Shown here piece after piece: positions 49,051-61,100 of a stretch of 64,000 nt of DNA. The stretch's first letter is position 1. Each line of letters opens with the position of its first letter. The DNA is from Lama guanicoe. Lineage: Eukaryota. The position numbers and the translations under genes are program-made. The notes under the pieces were generated by a model, which saw nothing but the letters and a program-made list of their open reading frames with translations, made no database searches and was not told where the DNA came from. Where the stretch lies: positions 2,772,866 to 2,836,865 of the forward strand of contig MU053379.1 of assembly GCA_013239625.1 (NCBI GenBank), written 5' to 3'.

Positions 49051-49529
49051 CTTCTCACCTTTACTGCTTTCAACTAATATCTTCAATTCTAAAACACATG
49101 GGGTTAAGCTCCAGATCTTTTTCAAGGATGGGAGTTAAACTCCAAATGAGAGTAAATCAACTGACTTAAATATGCATGGGTATATAAATCAACCTATAAC
49201 CGAAACTTGAGTGTACAGGTTTAAGCTGCATTGATACCCACAGACCACGCTGCCTTTATAAATTCATAAAATAACAGTCATGGCATTCTTTTTACTTATT
49301 CAGGCTCTTTCTTGGAAGAACTCCTATTTTGAAATAACTCCACTTATTTTTTTAAGTCATGGAAAAAAGAGAACTGTTTAAAAGATGCTCTATTACAGAC
49401 TGAACTTTTATCAACCCTTGAAGCCCTTCTTGCCTGGACCATCTCCATATTCCTCAGAGTAGACACCATACTCAACTCACACCAACAAAATGGCCTTGGA
49501 GGAGGTGGCCTCCTGATGCCTACCAATAA

Positions 49530-49800
49530 ATGCAACCACCCAGTGGAATACTATACAGCACTGAAAAACACAGGTTTGTGTATTAGATGAATGAAACTCA
49601 AAACATGTTCAATGAAAAAAAGCAAGTGACTGAAGGGCAAAGTGAAACTGCTGAGGGACACACGTGCAGTGAGGCTGTCACCAGGGTGATCTGGGTGGGG
49701 CAGGAGGTGGCACACGGTAGGGTCTCAAATACACTAGTTGGTACCCACAGCAGGGTAAATGTCATATGTTTTCTTGTAGGTGTGAAATATTTCATAGTGA
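49530..49800 (+). mobile_element. Ancient L1ME-type 3' fragment
   Basis: cagtggaatactatacagca.tgaaaa..atgaatgaaactcaaaacatgtt.aatgaaaaaaagcaag. Confidence 0.55.
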
Positions 49801-49961
49801 AAAAGCGCCCCTGGAGAGAACAAAGTATGGACTAATCCGATGATCTTGTCTCACCCACTGGGAGGGCAGGGCGAGTTTCCCTGTGCCGAAGGGGGACGTA
49901 CAAGGTGAAAGGTTGGCTGTTAAGGGTAACGATGCTGGAACAGTCCATTTGATTCAGACAT

Positions 49962-50006
49962 AGGAAAACCCAGAAATAGGCCAAGGAAAACCCAGAAATA
50001 GGCCAA
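49962..50006. repeat. Perfect 22-bp tandem duplication
   Basis: ggaaaacccagaaataggccaa twice (49963-49984, 49985-50006). Confidence 0.95.
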
Positions 50007-51269
50007 AACATTAGGGCTCAAATTTTTCAGAACGTCGTGGAGAATCTGACAGATGGGATTTAAAGAGCTCAAACAGCAACACCGTCCCCGGGGCTGCGGG
50101 AACCGCCCCAGAAGGAGCACATCTTTCTACAGAGACCCGCTGCTAGAAACGCTGGGCACCAGGAATGACAAAACGGGCTGAGCTGGAGAACGCTCAGTGT
50201 CCTCCACAGACCTGCCTGGACACGACCTCACTCTCCTCAGGAAACGTGATCTTGCGTGGCTCGGCCATTTTCAGAAAGCAAGTCCCCCTCTGCTCAAGAG
50301 CCACATCCGGCGCACGCGGGCCTGGGGACAGCGAGCCGCCCTCGCCCAGCCTGTGTCCCCGGAGTAAGGACAACTGTGCTCACGCCGGCGCCAGGCAGCT
50401 CACAGGGACAAGAAGGGAGGCTCTGTGCAGAGGTGCAGGGAAGAGGCTAACCAATGGGGCTCTGAGGGGGTAGGAGCATTTCCTGCCCAGAGAAGCCTGA
50501 GCTGGAAGGAGGAGGAGGAGGAGACTGGAGCCCCAGGGACAGCAGGAGGGGCAGGGGCGCAGGGCTGTCTGGAGCTGGGTCACCGGAGGCCTGGATAGTT
50601 TGAGGTAAGGGCGAAACACGCTTCTAGATCGCCCTGAGAAGGTCTGCCAGCGCTCAGGGGAGTCCAGGGCGCCCCCGGGTGTGAAGAGTCCAGGCCGCCC
50701 TATGTCTCTGTATTCAGTCAACGAGCTTGGACAAACGTCTTAATATTTTATACTTCTGCTTTGCCAGTTTCAGAAGTGAATGGCACGTATATTTTGGGCA
50801 AGTGGAAAAGGTGGGAAGTTCCTTGCAGTTGTGACATGACCGGAAATTCCGTGAATGGTCTAGACAGAGAACGGGCTGGCCGGTCCCCCCACTTGGAGGG
50901 AAGAGGAGATGGAGTAGAGGTGGGGGCGGGGGGCAGAAGAGATGGAGAAAAGAAGGCGGACACTCCTCACGCAGGGACAGGTCCTGGGCTCGCAGAAGCC
51001 TGGTGACAAGGAGGCCACTTAGGACAGCGGTGGATGGAGGAACGCTACGTCCACAGACAAAGGTTAATCCTCGTAAGAAGCCGAGTCAACGGTGGCCGAC
51101 CCGAGCTCTGAGAAGGACTGGCTAAGACCGCTCCCTAAAGCCAGGGAACGAGTGTGCTGATTCTTCTGTTGGTCCTGCTACCAGGAACTTCTGAAGCAGA
51201 GGATGCAGAGGATGACGACAGTGCATTTTCACGTCTTGGGTGGTGTTTCGAACATTGATCAAAGGATAA

Positions 51270-52290
51270 GGCTTTACAATGTTTCCTGGTCTGAGATACG
51301 ACACCAAAAGCACAGGCCACCAAAGTGAAAAAATAGGAAAACTAGGCTTCATCAAAGTAAAAAGCTTTTGTGCTTCAAAGGGCTCTGCCAAGAAAGTGAA
51401 CACACAGCCCACAGCGTGAGGGACAGCATCTGCACGCTGCTCCTCTGGTAAGGGTCGCACATTCAGAGAACACGACGACGCTTGTAACTCAGTAACCAAA
51501 AGACGACACAAGCAAAGTATGGGTGACGAGCCGACAGACGTTTCTCCAAAGAAGAGAGACACACGGCCGACAGGCACACGGACGGACGCTCAGCCTCTCG
51601 AGCCACCAGGGCAGTGGACGCCAAGCCACAGAGGGAGGCCCCTCACACCTGCCAGGACGGTCACGATCAAGAAGACGAGGGTGACCAGCAGCAGGCGGTG
51701 GCGGGGCACAGGGAGACCGGTGAGAACCTGAAATGGTGCGGCCGCAGTAGCAAACTGTTGGGCAGCTTCCCCAAACGCCAGACACACGAGCCAGCAAATC
51801 TACTCCTGCGTATAAGCAAGAGAACCGAAAACACACGTTCACACTGAAACGTCCACACGAACGTTCACAGCAGCATCTTTCACAAATGGCCCCGAAGTGG
51901 AAACAGCCTGTGTCCAGAAACCGATGGCTGGATAAACAAAGTGTGCTTTATCCAAACGACAGAAAATTGTTCATATGTTCACAAAAAAAACAAATAAAAT
52001 ACATGCTACAAGGTGGGTGAATCTTGAGAACTACGCTACGTGGAAGAAGCCACACACTGTGGGAACCCATTTATAAAAAGTCCAGAATAAGAAAATACAC
52101 AGACACAGGAAATCAGTGACTGCCAGGGACCGGGGGGAGGGGCTGAGGAGCGACTACCAACGGGTGTGGGATCTCTTGGGGGAGAATGTTCTGGAACTGG
52201 GCAGCGGTAATGGCAGCACAATCTGGCGACTACACTGAAAACCACTGCATTATACGGTATGTGAATTATCCCTCAGTGGAAACTGTCCCC
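51270..52290 (+). mobile_element. Ancient L1MB-type element (ORF2 end plus 3' UTR)
   Basis: gacaccaaaagcaca..cttcatcaaa..cttttgtgcttcaaagg..aagaaagtga; tttctccaaagaag; ccagcaa..ctactcct; gtggaaaca; gaatgttctggaact..tgcacaa..gtatgtgaattat. Confidence 0.8.
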
Positions 52291-52410
52291 CTGCGAAGGC
52301 CTGTGAGTACGTGGTGCACGCTGTGTATCGTGGGGGCGGTCTCCTAACAAAACGGTCCTCCCTGACCACACTCCAGGCCAAACGGAAAGGTGGCCTGGCA
52401 GAGCGCGGAG

Positions 52411-52496
52411 CCCCGGAACACGTGTTCACGGAAGAGCCTGGAATCACGTGTTCATAGAAGGTCCCTGGATCACGTGTTCTTGGGAGATCCCTGGAG
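52411..52496. repeat. Degenerate 26-bp tandem repeat (about 3.3 units), each full unit containing CACGTGTTC
   Basis: CACGTG at 52419, 52445 and 52471 with exact 26-bp spacing; each unit begins cc(c/t)gga. Confidence 0.8.
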
Positions 52497-55400
52497 AGGA
52501 GCAGTCCGTGTGCCAGGGGTCCTTCTAGCGCAGGAGGGGCCAGGATCTAAAAGGGATACTGTTGTCCCTCACAGGATCCACAACCTACCTGGAAAGACAG
52601 ACACAAAGTCACCACCTGGTGGGGGGAGGCACCTACACAAGTCAGAGGGACCCAGAGGGCACAGCGGTTCCCTGCAGGTCAGGCCGTGAGGTGCTGGTCA
52701 CGCGGGGGTGGAGGGAGCACCGTGGTGGCCGGCACCCGGGAACCTCTGGAGGTGCTGAAACAGAAACCAGCAAGGTCAAGTCTGCCTTTGAGGGATGATG
52801 GGGGGGGGCGGACATGTGTGGAAGGATGTAGAAGGGAGAGAGGCTAGAGGAAGGAGAACTAGTCAGAGAGAGAACACGGGCCTCGAGAGAGCAGTGCTGG
52901 AGGGAAGAGATGCTCACTCTTGCTGACAGAGGAGCGGGTGGGAGGAGACGCCGAGACTCCACTCCAGGAAGGATCCTGGCCCAGGTGGCAGGTGGGCAGG
53001 TGCAGAGGACCAGGAAGGCAAGGCCGGGGCCCAGCAGGCGTCAGGGGAGCAAAGCCGGGCATGAGAGGTCTGGGCTGGAGACGACGTCGCTGAGTCACCG
53101 GCTTGGAGCCGATCCCGGAGGAGCCGGGGAGGATGCACGCTGGGAACCCCCTCCTTCCAGAAGCCAGAGAGCAGGGGAGGGCTGCAGGGGCAGGAGAGAG
53201 CAGGTCACAGAGCCCTGGGGGAGTGGTGATTCTGCTGGGAGGAGCCCCTGCTCAGGGCTCAGGGCTGCCTCCTTCACCTCCTCCCTGGTGCCTGCCACCC
53301 ACGGGAGGAGTACTCCATAGGTGGGTGGGGCTGGCATTTCATAATCCCTAACAAATGGACGAAATTCCATGATAATCAAGGTGGGAACACATGCCAGTTT
53401 CAGCCAAAAGCCATACATCATTTTTACCAAGATTTTGTTTGTCTTTCAAATATAATGCAAATTTAAATTCTAGGATGGTTTAAGACCCCAAATAAATGAA
53501 TCATTCAAAGTAAATGTCACAGCCTGGAAACGGATAAAGAGGATGACTTCACTGAACAATGTAACCAAAGAGAGTGGATGCTTGGGGAAAGGAAATGACA
53601 CACGTGAGATATTAGATTAGGTTTCAGCCCCTAATGGTACACTCCTGGAGAGGAAGCAGGGCACCACTGAGAAGAAAGGAGAAAAGACCCATTTAACCAA
53701 GTTTAAGAATAATTCTGAGGAAATGATCAGAGTAAATGGGAACAGGGAAAAAATGGATTTTCTTCAGGCAATTAAATTACAGACTTTTGCCCAAGGACGC
53801 TGTCGCAGGCGCAGGGCACAGAGGGTCTTGCCTTAGAGCCCAAGACGCTCCAAGGGTGCAAAAGGTCCCGATCTATGGTTTTATTAGAAATGTTGAAATT
53901 CGCTCTGCGCGGGGGATCGATGTGTGAAGGAGCGCGCCCTTAATCACGGCGTGTTCCATCTCCATCCTCCCAGCCGCCCCAACTTACCTTCCATACATCA
54001 CCAGGTGAGAGAGGGGCCCCGACACCGTCACACCAAGCCCCCATCAGCAGAAGCCTAAGTGACAAGAAAATCAGGCGTTCGGCCTTGTTCGCATTCAGAG
54101 GACCCGCTGTCCAACGAGCGGGCAGAGTCCACCAGCTGCCTTGCTGATGAAAAGGACCCAAGAAGCGGCGGACCGACACGGACCGTGCAAGCTGGCCAGG
54201 TTGATGCCAACAACCTGGTTTCTGGGAGGAAGGGGGTCAGGGTCACCCGAACTGTTTCTCTTCCACAGATTTTCGTTTAGCCCACAGATACGTTAGGAGC
54301 TAAAAAACGTACTCTGAAAAAAAAATGTCCTGACAGCTTCAGTTATAGGAGCGACGGTAGCTGACAATTTGTTGGCCTTTAACATCCACGAAGTTAACGG
54401 TTAAATAGAAAACGGTTAGAAATGAGGAACTGTCTCTAAATGGCTTGACTTCTCTTTGTGGCAAGGTGTGAAAAGACAGACAATGAAATAGCAGTACTCA
54501 TGGATTTTACACCCTAACTTAACATCTAACTCACCCCTGACTGTAAGAGGCAAGATGCTACTCACAGACAACATAGTTTGGACGGGACCAGCCAGTACTC
54601 AGCCCTCAGCCACTCTCACTCTGGAGAGAAAGCCAACGCATGCGACCTGTGGGCTGGGTTACATCTAGGTTGATTCTAAAGACAAAACAGATCCAGGATG
54701 ACAGTTGACGGACCAGAGAACGAGACTGGCAGGAGCAAAAAGACCCTTCTCTGGCAGGTGCTCTGGTCATAATTTTCTTGAAATGTTCCCAGCTGTTGCC
54801 GGTCACCAGCCCACACTGGGCCCAGGTGAGGTCAGACTGGGCTCCGGCAGCATTAACTTCCACAGCCTGACGTGTGTGCACCGGGCTCTGTACAGATCCT
54901 CTAGAGTTCTCATTTCCAAAAGCAATGTTAGGGAAATACTCCTTTCAATGACATTTTAAAAGCTTGAGCTGTGTTTACAAACAATAAAGAAGAGTATATC
55001 TGAAAACAGAAAGTAGTTATTTCTGTATTTCTACAATGATAGTTCGGTGGCATCTGAATTTTCCAGGAAGATCTCATCTTAGCATCAGGTTACCAGAGGA
55101 CAAGGAGACAACGCCAAGAAAAGTTAGGGGTTTACCGAAGGCGGCAAGCGGTTCCTGTGGAAGGGGCCACGCGGCCCCTGCGGCCATCCAGACCCTGTTC
55201 TGGTGGGAAAAACGGCATCACTCACAGCACACCTGAGGGAGGGCTGCTGCCGCGGGCCCGCGCCTGAAACGCAACACTGCCGATGGTCGGCCAGAGCAAA
55301 GATGCCGCCACGGCTAGAGGAGCCGAACTGGAAATTTGGGGGAATTCTAATAAAACAAAGCTCCGTGATCGGAGGGAGCAAAACTAGGTCTGCCACTCCG

Positions 55401-57589
55401 TGTTAGAGCCACTGATCTCGGGCGACTACAGCCTGTACGCCTGGCAAAAGCCGAGATGCGGGGATTGTACCAATGCCAATTTCCCGCTTTGTTTTAGTTA
55501 TTAAGACGCTGTCACTGGAAGCCATTGGCTGGAGAGGAGATGGGACCCTCTACACTTCGTTTTGAACTGACTGTGAATCTATAATTATCTCACAATAAAA
55601 CAGTAGCAATAATAAAAGAGGGTACGGTGCCAACGGCTCATGCAGCCCCCTTGAGTGGACACGGGGCCCTGGGGTGAGGCGGGGCAGAAGAGCTGCTCCG
55701 TCTGTGGGCACAGCCAGGCCTGCCAACAGACACGGCCCCCTCGCAGACCACGACGGCCAGAGAAGCCCGGAGAACGCCAGCCTCACTCGTGCTGTGGCCG
55801 GGAAAGGGCTTTTGAGCGGCTGGGGGGCAGAAAGCACCTCGTTTACTTTTTCACGTCTGTCTCAGCACTTGGCTCAGTGTTAGGCAAAAGCAAAGCGATG
55901 ATCAGGCAGCACGCAAAAGCCCCTCACGCAGCGCGGTGGGAGAGTTTTCTGCTCTGCTTTCAAGGTTGGCCGCAGAATGCCCGGGGCTGCTGGAGCGACT
56001 CTGATTCGGAGACTCACTGTGGGGTCCCGCCACCCCTGCTCATCTTAGTTCTGGGGTCTGCCGAGACGAACGTGTAGCCACACATTTCTATTGAAGACAA
56101 CGTGTCTTGAGGAAGGTCCGGCTGCCTGAGCGGCCGAGGGGCTGTCTTCGCAGTGCCTTCCAACAGAAGGAGAGAAACGGCGTGTCCCCGCCAGGCCCGG
56201 GGAAGGCGCTGGGCCGGGGACCCCGCCAGGTGGGGACGGGAACGCCCTCCGAGGACGCGGCGTGTTCTCGGGACAAGGGGCAACCCTCGGGGTCAGAGGC
56301 CTTTTCGCGAGCGCCCCCGGAGGGGAAAGCCCCCGCTGACAGCCCGGCGGGAGAGGTGCGCGTTGGCGGCACAGAATTCAGAGGGCCGCCTGCGTGTGAG
56401 CCCGCCCGAGGCTAGGCTCTGTTTAGGCGGTGAGACCGACTAAGACGATCGGCGTTTCGCAGGGTCGGGGCCTCTCAGAGGCTGGACCCACCTCACGTGT
56501 GCTTCCAAGCCCGCGCGCGGTCTGCACTGCTTCTGTCTTTTTATGGAGGAGCAGACAGGAGAGCGGGCGGCAAGGTGTTTGGTTCCAGGCCCAAGATGTC
56601 ACCCTGAGGCCCGGGACCCGCACCCCAGCAGCCTGGCTCAGGGCCCAGCTCCCAGCCACCGCCCAGCCTCCGACCTCGGGCTCCCCGGTGCAGAGAGAGG
56701 ACCGGCAGCCGCTCCAACAGAAGGCCCAGTGCCCCCGCTCGCAGGCGTTTTCACGGAAACCTCGGGGACAACACACTCAACTCCTGCACTGCATTTCAGC
56801 AGGTCCCTCTGGGTGTCTAGAAGTCTCCCACTTTTACGGGTAACGTAGGAGGAAGTCAAGAAGCGAGGCTGTCCCGGGAGGAGCAAAGATCAGAGCTAGA
56901 AAGCTCTCGCCGTAGCACACTCTCTGAGAAGAAACTGTCCAGGGGAGAGACGATGGTGCTCACAGCCGACCTCCTGCGCTCGCACGGGCTGGGGCTGCTC
57001 TCCTGGGTACTTGGAATGAAAACCGCCTGCTTCTGCACTTTGCTCGCAAAATTCCCTGTCAGAGATCCCGTTCATTCTGACGAAAATACATTTGCCACAC
57101 ACACAGACATGGCCCCAGAATGCCGTTAGAACAGAACTCCCAGCTCGCGCAATTCCCTGGGACTTTCCGCGGTTGAGCCTCATGGAGTCACTCGATACCA
57201 TCTTGGTGACTTAAAATATAACTGCAGCATTACTTAAAAGTATAATCACATCGTTCTCTTGCAAATTAAGACACTTACTCTCGGAAAAATTGCGAAATTG
57301 CATTAGGTGTGTCTGTTCTTGATGGATCAAAAGCAACTCCTTTAAGTCAGCAGTTTTACATGAATGGCATGAGACGTGGCCCAGATGAGGAAAATGTCCT
57401 TTGAAGCCAGTCTGCACTTTATTTAAAGAGAGGTGGAGCTGTTCCTCACAATTCAAACGTGAAGTAGAATTGTATTGCGCAGGTCCCCAGACCAGGAGGC
57501 CAATATGATCCTGGTGAGGTAGCTCATCCACAGCAGAGAGCCCAGGTTAGTCTGCCCTCAGGTCCTTATTTCTTCCAGTTGCAGTGCCT

Positions 57590-58189
57590 GCCACCCACCC
57601 ATCCATCCATCCACCCATCCACACATCCATCCATCCATCCATCCATCCATCCACCTACCCATCCAAACCATCCATCCTTCTGACCATCCATCTATCCATC
57701 CACACATCCATCCATCCATCCATCCATCTGCTATTTACCGAGTGCCTCCTATGTATCTGTTATTCTTCCTTCAGATGTAAGAAAAGTGTTTCCTTGCTCC
57801 TCAACTCTCTTCTAAGTCTTGGCTTCCAACAATACTCAAGCACCATACTGAGTGCCCCAGTGTTCCGGGAGGGTGGAGTCTAAAACACACTGTGCTGAAA
57901 TTACCATCCATCCATCCATCCATCCATCCATCCATCCACCTACCCATCCAAACCATCCATCCTTCTGACCATCCATCTATCCATCCACACATCCATCCAT
58001 CCATCCATCCATCTGCTATTTACCGAGTGCCTCCTATGTATCTGTTATTCTTCCTTCAGATGTAAGAAAAGTGTTTCCTTGCTCCTCAACTCTCTTCTAA
58101 GTCTTGGCTTCCAACAATACTCAAGCACCATACTGAGTGCCCCAGTGTTCCGGGAGGGTGGAGTCTAAAACACACTGTGCTGAAATTAC
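57590..58189. repeat. (CATC)n microsatellite region with a near-perfect tandem duplication (57624-57904 / 57905-58189)
   Basis: Units are identical by eye except 7 versus 8 CATC in the first tract. The adjacent tatttaccgagtgcctcctatgt resembles a reverse L2 3' end, the likely microsatellite seed. Confidence 0.92.
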
Positions 58190-61100
58190 ACCATAGCCCG
58201 CCTGAGTTCTGCTGGGATGACAGCTCTCTGCGAATAAAAGACGCAACTGTTATGCAATAAGTAAGAGCAATCCCCCAGCGCTGGTATCATGCTCTGCCCT
58301 TTTCTAGCCATGAACCCGCTGGATCCCCCTGGAAGCCTCTGTCCACAGAAGACGAGGCAGAGATAGAGCAGAAATGATTCTTCTGAGACCATCCAGCTAG
58401 TAGTGAGCATGGCTGGAACTCCAGCCCGGGCCAGCGTGCTCCCAGCGCTGGCCTCTGCTCCCCTCTTACGCGGTCTTGGTTGAGTATGAATATTACTGAA
58501 GAGCTTGCGATGTTTGTGCTGAGGTGATTCACGGCCACTGCTGTTTGGTGCGGCCAGGAAGGTGAGAGGAGACAAATTAAGTCTTTCTCTCTCCCTCCAG
58601 AACCAAATAATCTGGCAATTTTCATAGCTAACCTGGCATAAGTGGTGACTTCCCAGCTGAATGTGTAACTGACTTAAGAAGCAGAATGTAGAGTAATAAA
58701 CTATATTAATTCAATCTCTTCATTTATGTGCCAGAGGTTGGGAAATTTAAATGAGCTCATTTAAGCAAAACTGATTTTATGGCGCTTATTTCAGGTCCCA
58801 TTTTGAAGACAATCAGTGCAGAATTCTAAGGTTTTATTAACTATTTCTAATGGACAGTTTCCAGGACAGAATGGCTGAGCACTGTCAGGTCGGGATGACG
58901 GGCTCAGGACATGCTTCAACACTGGACCCGGCAGAGCTGGCCCCTGGGAGACGTACTTGGTTTTGGCTTCTACACTGAAACACTGAGCGGCAGTGAGGAT
59001 GGACTATTATTCGTCAACTGCTATCTTCCAAGGATGATGGAGCTTCTTGGCAAATCCTTATTTCTAACTATGTGCCACGTGGTGCCTTTCAGAAACACTG
59101 AAGGGGGTAAAATCACCTGTGCAATGGCTCTGAGCAAGAGACAGACTCACAACAGGCCAGCGTCCCCACGCCGCAGAGGACCGCAGGGTCCAGGGACGCC
59201 GGCGTGGATGCAGCTGGGCCGAGCTGACCTGTAACTAGCCACAAACCGTATTCAGATCACTGGAATTGTATCTCTTTTGCAAAAAGCACTTAGAGAGGGA
59301 AATTCTAAGGGCCCGGAGAAAGTGGACTTGCTGCCCGAGGGCTGGGACGCAGGTCAGAACTGAGCAGGGGAGCCAGTTTCGGCCCCGTGACCGTCTGACT
59401 GCTCTAGAAGGAAACACCTGGCCTGTTTTCTACAGAGACGGGCCCTGAACCTGTTCACAAGTGACCGCCAGAGCTCGCATTTGGTAACAGAAATTACTGC
59501 TTGATGTCATGGCCCAGAGGATCATGTGGGGGAAAGGTCAGAACCGCTCCCATGCCCCCTGACCTCTGTGACCCTAATAATCTTATTAAAGGCGAGCAGT
59601 GTCACCAACAAGCTTTACTTCTGAGCTTCTCCAAGGACAAGCTAAAAGCGCCACCCCCACCCCCCGACCTGGACCCATGAAGCACTCAGTGACACCACCT
59701 ACTTCCCTGGACGAGGGAGAATTAAAAACAAAGGCCACAGCGTCTCCTCTGACGGCAGTGCTGTGAAGCTGGTGACTTCAGGGAGACCAGCTGACTAGCT
59801 CGGTGCTGGGAAGACAGACCCTGCCACGTTGTGGGTGCGTGGCGGCTGAGGCATTGGCTCACTTGGAGTGATTTATCTTGAAAAATTCTGATCTCTCTCC
59901 AAACTGCTTTGTCTCTGGGTTTTGTTGTTTTGTTCTGTTTTTTTTTAAAACCAGCTGGCCTCCTTTCTGCCATGGAGAACCGTGATCACTGTTAGATGCA
60001 TGAATTCCTAAACCGCCGACCTCAGGGATGCCCATGTGGAAGGGCTCTCTCTGCTAGCCTCTGTCCGGGCAGACCCTTGGCTCTGGCCTTTGGGAGGGAG
60101 GCCCACACCTGGCTGGCCGCTGGGCCCCAGCCTCTCCTGGGTGAGTCCCACCCGCGCTACGAAGCCTGCGTTTTAAGAAAGATCTTTCAGATTTAGTGAC
60201 AATGCATTCAGCCAGCTCCACTCCACGCCACAAACACAAACATTTCTATCCATCCATCCACCCACCCAACCACAAGCCCAGATTATTCCCAATAATTATT
60301 GGAAACACCTATGGAAGATACTGCGATCCTCACTGTTGAGATGAAGAAACTGAGTTCTCTAAGTTAACTGTTGATGAACATTGGTAATTTCATGGTTCAA
60401 CGTAGTAATCTGGCCAGAACCAGAGAGGGGGCACTGCATTCCGCCCACAGAGCATCTGAACGAGATGGAGGAAACTGGGAGAGGGACCTCAGCCCGCCCG
60501 GGTGGGGCGCTGGGGGAGGCGGGGCCGGGCGTGGGAGACCACGTCCGGAAGCTGCTCATCCGTGAAAATCAGGGATAGGCTCTTTGATGTGAGTAATAAA
60601 CACAAATTCAGTTTAGAAACAGCACACTTCTGAAAAACTGCACCGCCAACAGTTTGACTCATGTCACAAGATGGAAATATTTCTCTGATGAACTCTAAAC
60701 ATTCACACACACGTACACTCAGCTCATTTAAAGCAAGCTCTTCATGATTAATCTCATAATTAACGTGTTCTCCCTTAAGTCTGAGGTCGTGTATCGTGCA
60801 CCCAAGGGACTACAGCGACAAGGTCGCCTGGTAGGGTACCTGGTCAGGATGTGTTCTTGAGAAGGCAGACAGTGTCCGCACAGCACGAGGGCTGGACCCT
60901 CTGCGTCAAAGCATCATCCAGAAGAGCTCAAACAGTTTGGAAAAGCAGTCTGCGGTGACGCAACTCTGAAACGTCTCAAAACAGAATGGAGATCAATGAA
61001 GAAACACAACATTCCACAACCTGTATCTGATATCGTGTAGAGAAGTACACTTAATAGAAATGTAGTAAAGGTTTACGGCTTCTGTACCATAAAAAAAGCC

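Noticed and set aside
43527..53990. Isolated minus-strand donor-like sites (GTGAGT at 43532-43527; GTAAGT near 53987) as extra RALGAPA2 exons
   Set aside because: No convincing paired acceptor or RalGAP-like reading frame found.
52411..58189. Repeat arrays as CRISPR-like loci
   Set aside because: Mammalian context, no unique spacers, no cas genes; they are simple tandem duplications and microsatellites.
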